From an uncultured archaeon (GTDB lineage: Archaea; Asgardarchaeota; Lokiarchaeia; Sigyniarchaeales; SOKP01), in NCBI GenBank assembly GCA_964493715.1, contig CAZBPC010000040.1:1-27375 (forward strand): a stretch of 27,375 bases of DNA. Reading direction: 5' to 3'. The notes under the pieces are model-generated. The model saw only the letters and a list, made by a program, of their open reading frames with translations, did not search any database and was not told the origin of the DNA. Position numbers and translations under genes: made by a program. Of this stretch, positions 18,926-27,053 are shown one piece after another; the first letter of the stretch is position 1, and every line of letters begins with the position of its first letter.

Positions 18926-19798
18926 ATGGTTGATGTTTCTGAGACTGTAAAAAAAATACAAGATAAATTTAACATCATTGGAAGATCTGAAGAAATAAGG
19001 AAAATCATTATCGCTAGATCCGTTGGGAAGAATGTACTAATTGAAGGTGATGTTGGTGTCGGGAAAACCACGATTGCAAGAGCTGTAGCATCTTATTTCG
19101 ATTCCAATTTCTACAGAATCGATTGTTCAGAGGAAACACTTCCCCATAATTTAGTTGGATATTTCGATCCCCCTCTCGCGATATCTAAGGGATACAATGA
19201 AGAATCATATATTTATGGTCCCCTCGCGCAAGCTATGCTTTCAGGAGGGTGTTTATTTATAAATGAAATAAATAGGATGCCTGAAAGCACCCAAAATTCT
19301 TTACTAACTGCATTAGACGAGAGGATTCTTGAAATTGCTAAATTGAAAACGATAGAGGCTAACGAAGGTTTTTTTACCATTGCAACCCAGAATCCCACAG
19401 CACATATAGGAGTAACTGTTTTAGGTGAAGCAATAAAAGACCGCTTTATTTGGATCAAATTAGAATATCAATCTCCAGAAGAAGAAATCGAAATTATAAA
19501 AAAGGAAGCACATTTTAATGGCCCGGATAGTAATAAAATCGCTCTTATTTCTCAAAAAATCGTTGAGCTATCAAGAAGAACTAATAATATAATGCGAGGA
19601 AGTTCTGTTAGAGGTGCAATCGATTTAGCAGACATCATATTAAAATCAGAAAACTTCAAAAGCTCTAAAGCTTGGGTTGAAGCTGCTGTAATGTCTCTTT
19701 ATAATAAAATTGAACTAGAGGATGGAGTAACAAGATCAAAATCAGAAATTATAACGGATATCGTACTATCTGTATTGAATCAAACGGATTTTCAATAA
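18926..19798 (+). CDS. MoxR-family AAA+ ATPase (CoxD/GvpN-like)
   Basis: IIGR, Walker A GDVGVGKT, GPL, Walker B variant LFINEINR, QNSLL, ATQNP, EAIKDRF, SVRGAI. Confidence 0.92.
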   Translation: MVDVSETVKKIQDKFNIIGRSEEIRKIIIARSVGKNVLIEGDVGVGKTTIARAVASYFDSNFYRIDCSEETLPHNLVGYFDPPLAISKGYNEESYIYGPLAQAMLSGGCLFINEINRMPESTQNSLLTALDERILEIAKLKTIEANEGFFTIATQNPTAHIGVTVLGEAIKDRFIWIKLEYQSPEEEIEIIKKEAHFNGPDSNKIALISQKIVELSRRTNNIMRGSSVRGAIDLADIILKSENFKSSKAWVEAAVMSLYNKIELEDGVTRSKSEIITDIVLSVLNQTDFQ

Positions 19799-20907
19799 TC
19801 GATGACTTCTCTTCATTAAATAAAGAGAATGAGAATGAACGCCTTTATGTTAGATTAACCGAGAGAATTCCAGATAAGGAAATTTTAAGATACGAAATAA
19901 TCAGAAAAAGCAGGAAAAAACCAGATTATTACGAGCATTTAGCAAATTCATTGGATTATAAACAGATCAAGGAATTGACTTATTTAGCAATCAATTATAA
20001 GAATTTAGAAGCAATCATGGGTCTGCTTAAATCAAATGTCTATGCTGCAACTGATGCACTGGATTGTAATGAAGGCGTGGAATTTTTTGCAGAAAAATCA
20101 AAAGATTCTGCTGCATCAATGGCAGAAGTATATTTTTTCATTAGGCGTCCTATATCGAAAAAATATAAGTACATATTTAGGAGATTAGCTCGCCAAAGCA
20201 TAATTAAAACATCCTTAAAAATTACTAGTAAAAGTATAAGAGGTAATTTTAAGAAAATTGTACCAAATTATAAAATTGGTATGCCTGAATTTGATTTAGA
20301 TGAAACTATTCAACATAACCCTCTAAAAGTGCTAGAAAGAACGCTCACCTATAACGATATATATGGGATTAAAAGACAAAGACAGAAGAGGAAAGTGGTA
20401 TTAATTCTTGATACAAGCGGGAGCATGTATGGAAGGTTATTATTAAATGCTGCTTTAACCACATCTGTTCTTGCATATAACATGGAAAAAGAAGACTTTG
20501 CTATAGTGTTATTTAATTCTACAGCAATGCTTCTAAAGAAAATTGATCAAAAAAAACCTGTAAATAACATAATTGATGAAATATTGGATTCTGAAGCCGT
20601 TGGTTTTACAAATATCGAAATTGGGCTTGAAAAAGGACTAAAAGAACTTAATAAAATCAGAGAAAAAACTCGTCATAAATTTGGCATTCTCATTAGCGAT
20701 GGAAATTTTAATAGAGGTATTAATCCTCTTTATTTAGCTAAAAAATTTCCGAAACTGCATGTGATTGGCATACCTGCGGGAAATGATGCAGATCGAGGGA
20801 TTGATACCTGTCGGGAGTTAGCGAGAGCAGGGAGAGGAAAATTTTACGCTGTTAAAGATTATAAGGAAATTCCTCGAGCTTTAATTAATTTATTATCCCG
20901 AACCTGA
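19795..20907 (+). CDS. vWA-domain protein (CoxE-like partner of MoxR); 5' end uncertain (ATA start, TTG at 19951, or frameshift fusion)
   Basis: MIDAS LDTSGSM...GFTN...LISDG. Frame is open from 19714 with protein-like sequence upstream of the ORF-track TTG at 19951 and no ATG/GTG before it. Confidence 0.85.
   Translation: MIDDFSSLNKENENERLYVRLTERIPDKEILRYEIIRKSRKKPDYYEHLANSLDYKQIKELTYLAINYKNLEAIMGLLKSNVYAATDALDCNEGVEFFAEKSKDSAASMAEVYFFIRRPISKKYKYIFRRLARQSIIKTSLKITSKSIRGNFKKIVPNYKIGMPEFDLDETIQHNPLKVLERTLTYNDIYGIKRQRQKRKVVLILDTSGSMYGRLLLNAALTTSVLAYNMEKEDFAIVLFNSTAMLLKKIDQKKPVNNIIDEILDSEAVGFTNIEIGLEKGLKELNKIREKTRHKFGILISDGNFNRGINPLYLAKKFPKLHVIGIPAGNDADRGIDTCRELARAGRGKFYAVKDYKEIPRALINLLSRT
20713..20907 (+). 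repeat. Direct repeat copy 1: last 65 codons of the vWA gene
   Basis: Aligns without gaps to 22874..23068; 27 mismatches in 195 nt by manual count (about 86% identity). Confidence 0.95.
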
Positions 20908-21005
20908 TAATTTTTCAGGTCCTATGATATCAAGTATTAATCATTGATTTCTCCTCCTAATTTAGAGAATAGTGCTTTAATCGAATTTCTATCTCAAACT
21001 TAAGT

Positions 21006-21083
21006 TTATAATCCTACAGTATTACTTTCAAAATCTCTCTTTTTTAAAAAACCATCGAAAGCCATAATGTGAATCGTGCCAAC
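21006..21083 (-). pseudogene. Remnant of a homolog of the 23930..24559 gene
   Basis: Reads VGTIHIMAFDGFLKKRDFESNTVGL* versus STIYLMTYNGLLKKRDFEKNNV at 24214..24149; bounded by stops, shares AAATCTCTCTTTTTTAA. Confidence 0.75.
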
Positions 21084-21196
21084 TCACTTTGTTGACAACT
21101 CTTAAGACAATTTTTTAGTAAACATACATTAACATAAGTGTTAAATATTAAAATATCTAGATTAATATAAATTAACGATATTAATTCTCAGTTTAT

Positions 21197-22825
21197 ATGA
21201 AATATAATAGAAAATTGAGAAAACTTGAGAAAGTGAGAGAAAATATGAATGAAGAAATGTATGATATTGTTGTTATAGGAGCAGGTCCTGGGGGCTACCA
21301 TGCTGCTATTCGAGCTGCTCAATATGATGCTAAAGTAATGTTAATCGAAAAAGATAAAGTAGGCGGAACTTGTCTAAATAGAGGGTGTATTTCTACGAAA
21401 GCTCTTTATAGTTCAGCAAGTTTAATTGAAAAGATTAAGAATCATGCCTTTAATTACGGAATCGATATTAATGGCGAAGTAAAACCAAATTTTAATAGAG
21501 CAGTTGATCGGAAAAATCGAATAATAAATCAATTAATTGAAAATATTGAAGTTCTTATAAGACAAAGAAAGGTTGATTTATCCTATGGAAGTGGGAAATT
21601 AATGGGCGGATCAATTGAAAGTGCTTTTAATGTGAAAATTGAGGGGAAAGACGAAAAAATAGTTAAAGCTAAACGTCTAATTATAGCTACAGGTTCGAAA
21701 CCAGCGGAAGTACCCTCCTTTAATATTAATCATGAAAGAATTTTAACCAGTGATGATATTCTTTCAAATAATTTTAAGACTATCCCAAATACAATTTTGA
21801 TTATTGGAGGTGGAGTAATTGGTTGTGAATTTGCAAATATTTTTAACAGATTTGGCTCAAAAGTGATCATCTTAGAATATTTACCATCTATAATAGCTAT
21901 GGAAGAACCTTCTGTTGCTCGAGAATTAAAAAAAAAATTTAGAGATATGGGCATTGAAGTATTTGAAGATCGAAGAGTTTTAGAGATTAATACTACTGAT
22001 TCTCACGTAAACGCTATAACATGTGATGCAAATATCCCCAAAGATCAAGTAGAATCTGCAGAAAAGCGAGTTTTTAATGCTGATCTTTGCCTTGTTTCAA
22101 TTGGAAGAATTCGGTGTATTGAACATCTTGGAATTGAAAATTCAAAAATAAAAATTAGGAGAGGAAGTATTCAGGTAAATGAAAAGACTTTGGAAACTGC
22201 AGAGAGAGGAATTTATGCAATAGGGGATGTTACTGGTGGGTTAATGTTAGCTCATGTAGCAAGTTATGAAGCTGATATTGCTGTGTTTAATGCATTAAGT
22301 AGTATTGGTGGATTTGATACATTTCCAGTTAAAACAGATTATAATGTCGTTCCAAGTTCAATTTTTACAGCATATGAAATTGCTTCAGTAGGACTTAAAT
22401 CCAAATCTCTTGAGTTGCAAGACGTTCAAATTAGAACTGGTCGATTTGGTTATGCCGGTCTTGGAAAGGCTAAGTGTATGGGTGAGGAAGAGGGATTTTT
22501 AATGATGAATGTTAACGAAAAAACCGATGAAATATTAGGAGCGTCTTGTATAGGTGTTGCTGCTCCTGAATTAATATCTGAAATTTCTTTAGCAATGAAG
22601 AATGGACTTACAGTTCACGAAATTACAGATACCATTCATAGCCATCCCACTTTATCAGAAATGGTATTAGAAGCTGCTGAAGATGTTTATGGTTTATCTA
22701 TTCATAGAGCAAGACGTCGAATTAAGGAAAAAATTGATCTTCAAGAGGATATGATTCAACATTTCATAAAAAGTGAAAAACTTAAGAAGTATGGACTTGT
22801 TTCCTTAGCGATGACAGGTGATTAA
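21197..22825 (+). CDS. lpdA: Dihydrolipoamide dehydrogenase (E3) with C-terminal extension
   Basis: GAGPGGY FAD motif, GGTCLNRGC redox disulfide, IATGS, GGGVIGCE, YAIGD, MLAH, HSHPTLSE. Real start may be ATG at 21245. Confidence 0.93.
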   Translation: MKYNRKLRKLEKVRENMNEEMYDIVVIGAGPGGYHAAIRAAQYDAKVMLIEKDKVGGTCLNRGCISTKALYSSASLIEKIKNHAFNYGIDINGEVKPNFNRAVDRKNRIINQLIENIEVLIRQRKVDLSYGSGKLMGGSIESAFNVKIEGKDEKIVKAKRLIIATGSKPAEVPSFNINHERILTSDDILSNNFKTIPNTILIIGGGVIGCEFANIFNRFGSKVIILEYLPSIIAMEEPSVARELKKKFRDMGIEVFEDRRVLEINTTDSHVNAITCDANIPKDQVESAEKRVFNADLCLVSIGRIRCIEHLGIENSKIKIRRGSIQVNEKTLETAERGIYAIGDVTGGLMLAHVASYEADIAVFNALSSIGGFDTFPVKTDYNVVPSSIFTAYEIASVGLKSKSLELQDVQIRTGRFGYAGLGKAKCMGEEEGFLMMNVNEKTDEILGASCIGVAAPELISEISLAMKNGLTVHEITDTIHSHPTLSEMVLEAAEDVYGLSIHRARRRIKEKIDLQEDMIQHFIKSEKLKKYGLVSLAMTGD

Positions 22826-22873
22826 ATCTTTTACTATACATCTCTTCAATATTTTCTTCCTAAAAATCGTTTT

Positions 22874-23068
22874 AGAGGCATTAATCCTCTATATTTAACT
22901 AAAAAATTTCCTAAATTACACGTTATTGGTATACCTGCTGGAAGCGATGCTGATCGTGGGATTGATACTTGTCGGGAGTTATCAAGAGCAGGAAGAGGTA
23001 GATTTTATGCTGTTAAAGATTATAAGGAAATTCCTCGGGCTCTTATCAATTTATTGTCCCAAACCTGA
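22874..23068 (+). pseudogene. Direct repeat copy 2: orphan 3' fragment of a diverged vWA allele
   Basis: RGINPLYLTKKFPKLHVIGIPAGSDADRGIDTCRELSRAGRGRFYAVKDYKEIPRALINLLSQT*; no start codon; 5 amino-acid changes versus 18 synonymous codon changes. Confidence 0.9.
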
Positions 23069-23143
23069 TTTTTTTTCTAAATTCTAATAACATATGCGAT
23101 TCCCCGCACATTCATTGTATTTTTCACGCAATAGGGGGAGAAT

Positions 23144-23515
23144 TTATATTTTTTTCGTATTAATTTTAAACCATTCTTTAATTTCTTCAAATTTTTTCTG
23201 TCCTTGAGCAACTTCCATAGTTATTTGATACACTTCTCCTTTAGGAAGTGAAAATTCATATCCATTTTTAGAAAAAAAAATGTATCCCAACAAAGAACCA
23301 ATTCTTTTATTACCATCGGAAAAATAATGACCTTCTATCATTTCTTTATACAATATTGTAGCTCTATCCCATATTGTTGGAGTATCTTGGAAAGGAATCC
23401 CCCATTTAACTTTATCAAGAGTAGATATTAATTTAGTACGATTCATTAAAGCCCCAGTTTTAATTAGATCATTAAATAATGCTTCGATATATTCAATTGA
23501 AGGAATCCATACCAC
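23144..23515 (-). CDS. doc: Fic/Doc-family toxin (death-on-curing type)
   Basis: 123 aa with HYFSDGNKRIG (Doc-type HxFxDGNKR); 1-nt overlap with upstream small gene. Confidence 0.85.
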   Translation of the reverse strand: MVWIPSIEYIEALFNDLIKTGALMNRTKLISTLDKVKWGIPFQDTPTIWDRATILYKEMIEGHYFSDGNKRIGSLLGYIFFSKNGYEFSLPKGEVYQITMEVAQGQKKFEEIKEWFKINTKKI

Positions 23516-23778
23516 TACTCTTCACCAAGTTTTTTCCATTCTTCGCCATATTTTAACATAAACTTTTTGATAATTTCTCGATCTTCTTCTAATTCATTCC
23601 TGGCAACCACTTTTTGATCTTCGAGATAGTCCTTAAAATAACTTTGGATCAAATAGCGTACAACTTCCGCATCATTTTGTATACCCAAGGCTGATTTAAT
23701 AATTTCAAAACGTGTTGAAATATTTCCTTTTAGCTCAGTATGTAAAATTTTTGGTTTTTCTTTTTCCATCAGAAACAC
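23515..23778 (-). CDS. Putative antitoxin (RHH-like N-terminus, helical C-terminus)
   Basis: Small gene coupled upstream of doc; FEIIKSALGIQNDAEVVRYLI is RHH-like; C-terminal KFMLKYGEEWKKLGEE resembles Doc-neutralising helices. Confidence 0.65.
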   Translation of the reverse strand: MFLMEKEKPKILHTELKGNISTRFEIIKSALGIQNDAEVVRYLIQSYFKDYLEDQKVVARNELEEDREIIKKFMLKYGEEWKKLGEE

Positions 23779-23929
23779 AAACTTTTTTTATAAATATTAC
23801 AAATTATAATAATCTATTATAAATTATAAATTTTTATAGTATTAAGATATTAACTAATAATTTCTTCTCCTAACTCTAATCGAACTTCTTTTTTAGACTT
23901 AATTCTCAAATTCAAGAATAATCTTTTAC

Positions 23930-24559
23930 CTATAAATTTCTTAATTTGATATGAAATTTTCCTTTTTTTTTCTCTAAAGGAGCAGAACTGCCAAGAAGAG
24001 AAGAAAAACTAATTTTTTGAACCAGCTTGGGTCTAAAAAGGAACCTATAATATTTCTTATTCCAATAAAATCTTAAACTATTAAGATATTTAGAAATATC
24101 TGAAATTTCTTCATTATTTATATCTGTAAAAGAACTTATAACTTGATTGACATTATTTTTTTCGAAATCTCTCTTTTTTAATAGCCCATTATAGGTCATG
24201 AGATAAATTGTACTGTTTAAATATGCTAAATCTTCTCTATCTATCGTTAGTCCAAGATAATTAGAATATTTTTCAAAATTTTGTAAGATTTTAGTGCTCA
24301 AATATGAATTTTGAATTATGTCTTTATTTCGAGTTTTATTAACAAGCTTCTCATGTGTGTCTTCTATTTGTTTTTTCTCAATAACTTTATAGTATTCGCT
24401 TTGAATTTGCGTGTATATTAGATTTTCAATATCTCCGTAAAACTCTTGAACTTCTTTTGCTAGTAGGCGATCATCTTTAAAGTGATCCCATATGATAAAT
24501 ATTAATACTGCCGAAGAAATGAGTACATTCAAATACACAATAACGTTTTCTGAACTCAC
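23930..24559 (-). CDS. Hypothetical protein with N-terminal TM anchor
   Basis: 209-aa ORF, GTG start with GAGGTG upstream, hydrophobic residues 6-24; homologous remnant at 21006..21083. Confidence 0.75.
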   Translation of the reverse strand: MSSENVIVYLNVLISSAVLIFIIWDHFKDDRLLAKEVQEFYGDIENLIYTQIQSEYYKVIEKKQIEDTHEKLVNKTRNKDIIQNSYLSTKILQNFEKYSNYLGLTIDREDLAYLNSTIYLMTYNGLLKKRDFEKNNVNQVISSFTDINNEEISDISKYLNSLRFYWNKKYYRFLFRPKLVQKISFSSLLGSSAPLEKKKGKFHIKLRNL

Positions 24560-24870
24560 TATATTTACACCTCTTGAGTCAATTCTTTTATCACTATATT
24601 TTTACCTAAGTATTATAAATTTAAATATATGATTAATATATTTTAACCTAATGATATCTCTATTTATATAAACTAAAATAGATAATTGAGAAATCTTAAG
24701 AAAGTTAGGTAATATTTATATTAAGAACTGAATCAATTTCTCGTTATATGATCAGTTCCAGAAGATATCTTACTGCTTGGTTTCTTTTTTACATGATGTG
24801 AAAACATTTAAAAGCTTAATAATCTTGATTAGAGATTGAAATATAAAATAAATTTAAAAGGTTCAATTCT

Positions 24871-25536
24871 ATGGAAAATCTAAACAAATTAGAAAAAATG
24901 GCTCAAGATGGATTCGATTTAGTTAAAAGGGAAAAGAATATTGCTAAAGATTTAAAATTGGAAGCTAAACAAGAACTTAAAAAGGCAAAAATTCGAGAAG
25001 ATCTAGCAAATAATGAATTTGAATTGGCAAAAATAAAAGAGAGACTATTTGAAAAAACTAAAAAATACATAAAAAAAAAAATTGATATTAAGGATGATTT
25101 AGGACTCTCCGAAAATGGCTTAACAATCGAACTAAATCACGCCCATTATAATGAAAGAGAATCAGAAATACAGAAACAAATTGCCGTAATTCATAAAAAA
25201 ATAGCAAAAGTAGAGAAAGAGATGGCAGAAGAAAGATTAAAATTAGTTGATGAAAGATTAAATATTGCAAATGAAAGAGAAAAATTAGCTAAAAAACAAA
25301 ATAATTATGTTAAACTAGTTAAATCTTCAGCGTTGGAAGAGAAAATCGAAAAAGCAAAAGAGGAATATCTCTCTCAAAATAAGGATCTCACCAGAACAGA
25401 AAAGGATGTCGTGGAGCGAAATAACGTAATCATGAAATTACAAAATGAATTAGCTGATCGAAAAAAGGATTTATCTCTAAAACTTGCTGAGCGTGAGAAA
25501 ATACGACCTGAAAAACAAAATGTTCAAATTAAATGA
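24871..25536 (+). CDS. All-helical coiled-coil hypothetical protein
   Basis: 221 aa, E/K-rich heptads throughout, no recognisable catalytic motif. Confidence 0.75.
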   Translation: MENLNKLEKMAQDGFDLVKREKNIAKDLKLEAKQELKKAKIREDLANNEFELAKIKERLFEKTKKYIKKKIDIKDDLGLSENGLTIELNHAHYNERESEIQKQIAVIHKKIAKVEKEMAEERLKLVDERLNIANEREKLAKKQNNYVKLVKSSALEEKIEKAKEEYLSQNKDLTRTEKDVVERNNVIMKLQNELADRKKDLSLKLAEREKIRPEKQNVQIK

Positions 25537-25582
25537 TATCATATACTAATTAATTTTATTTAAATTAAAGGTTCGAAGTTAA

Positions 25583-26116
25583 ATGGTTTATTTAAGTAAT
25601 AAAAATTTTAATATCATTTCCGGTATTTTCATAATTATTCTTTCAATATTGCTTCTGATCTATTCTGCAGCTACTGTGGTTATAATTTTAGTCATATTAG
25701 CTGTTGTCATGTTATTTATTGGAATTACTCAAATCCTAAACGTTAGATCTGACGATAATTTGGAAGGAACTTCGCTCCGTGTTAAATATTTAATTGGTAT
25801 TCTTGAACTGATCGTGGGAATAATTCTTTTCATTAACTTAACTATAGATCCTATTGCTACTGCTGTATTTAGTATCAGATTTCTTGGTTTAGTAATTCTT
25901 CTTGTAGGATTAGCAATGTTATATGTTGGTTCTATGAATAATGATTATAGTAAACAATATCGATATATCTTAATAGTAATTGGTTTATTAACTATGATTT
26001 TTGGGGTATTGATATTAGCTATCCCAAGTGTTGGAATTAATATCATAGCCTTTTTAGTTGCTTTCCCCTTATTATTTATTGGTTTAACTAGACTACTCAA
26101 GGGAATTTTAACCTAA
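25583..26116 (+). CDS. DUF308/HdeD-like membrane protein
   Basis: Six TMs as three repeated hairpins (GI..II..G..L...P...). Confidence 0.75.
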   Translation: MVYLSNKNFNIISGIFIIILSILLLIYSAATVVIILVILAVVMLFIGITQILNVRSDDNLEGTSLRVKYLIGILELIVGIILFINLTIDPIATAVFSIRFLGLVILLVGLAMLYVGSMNNDYSKQYRYILIVIGLLTMIFGVLILAIPSVGINIIAFLVAFPLLFIGLTRLLKGILT

Positions 26117-26149
26117 AAAAAAAGATGTTAAAAAATAAAAATTTTAATC

Positions 26150-26713
26150 TTATTTATTGTATTCAAATGATAGTTGATTAAATGTTTGTGTAACTGTCAC
26201 TCCAAATAAAGTATCGCCAGTACAGTAGCATCTTATAAAAAAATTATCTAAACCAGTACTTTTTACAAATAAAGAAGATTCAATTTGATGATATGGCGAA
26301 CTCTGATTGGCTGATATTGCAACTCTATCAAAACATTGTTCAAAGGTGTCATTTCTGTAAAGATATGCCCAGTATATTCCATTAGCATCAATATCATCCC
26401 ACATTAAGAGGAGATTTACTTTATAAAAACCCTCTTTTAATAGTTTAAAGGTTGTATTATTGTTACTTACGGAGATATAATTAGAATTATTATAAGGACT
26501 ATTGTAAAATTCAATAAGCCAAGAAGCGTCCGTATTGTATGGAGCATATTCTTTATTCTCTGCAAGATCCTCCCATAGTCCTACTAGAATTAATCCACTA
26601 TCTGGAGGAGTTTCACTTGAAAAAAAGGTACTAATAAATGAATATCCCCCTAACCCTAAAGCAGCAAATGCTATTATTCCTAATATGATTATTCCGCTTT
26701 TTCTTTCACTCAT
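26150..26713 (-). CDS. Membrane-anchored beta-sandwich surface protein (C1q/TNF/BclA-like, tentative)
   Basis: N-terminal TM (IAFAALGLGGY), TFKLLKEGFYKVNL motif, several NxS/T sequons. Confidence 0.55.
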   Translation of the reverse strand: MSERKSGIIILGIIAFAALGLGGYSFISTFFSSETPPDSGLILVGLWEDLAENKEYAPYNTDASWLIEFYNSPYNNSNYISVSNNNTTFKLLKEGFYKVNLLLMWDDIDANGIYWAYLYRNDTFEQCFDRVAISANQSSPYHQIESSLFVKSTGLDNFFIRCYCTGDTLFGVTVTQTFNQLSFEYNK

Positions 26714-26910
26714 ATTCTACACTATTAAAAAAATTTTAATGTTATTATAATTAAAATTCACAGTTATAAATTGATATTACCTTTTATATTACTTAAACAA
26801 AATATATTCCTTTTTTGACAAAAAGGTAAGGGATAAATAAATCTCTGTCTAATTTAGAATCACCACGAAATCTATGTTAATTTATCTTAATTAAATATGA
26901 GGTTTTGAAA

Positions 26911-27027
26911 ATAACTATATTACTAAATCGAGTTTGGTTTCCACCAGATCAATCAAATAAGATAGCAAAAGAATATGTTGAGTGGTTAAAAGATGATTTA
27001 GATATAATTGGATTTTTAGAATTTTGA
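26911..27027 (+). pseudogene. Short gene remnant or small ORF with ATA first codon
   Basis: ITILLNRVWFPPDQSNKIAKEYVEWLKDDLDIIGFLEF*, preceded by TGAGGT; protein-like composition in otherwise AT-rich spacer. Confidence 0.45.
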
Positions 27028-27053
27028 AACAAAAAATAGAATAAAAAGAGTAT

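Noticed and set aside
20713-23068. Diversity-generating retroelement template/variable repeat pair
   Set aside because: Mismatches are not adenine-specific and are mostly synonymous third-position changes; no reverse transcriptase in the window.
23094-23143. GC-richer imperfect hairpin after the doc stop, possible ncRNA or element end
   Set aside because: Pairing is short and interrupted; cannot be distinguished from chance or a simple terminator.
24871-25536. ESCRT-III/PspA or SMC assignment for the coiled-coil protein
   Set aside because: Only generic heptad composition; no family-specific motif or supporting neighbours.
480-26750. Short ORF-track entries antisense to or nested in real genes (480, 832, 1880, 3267, 3471, 7335, 8559, 11191, 11493, 11799, 12282, 13256, 18551, 19213, 21730, 25088, 26535)
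   Set aside because: They lie opposite well-supported genes and carry no motifs; treated as shadow ORFs.
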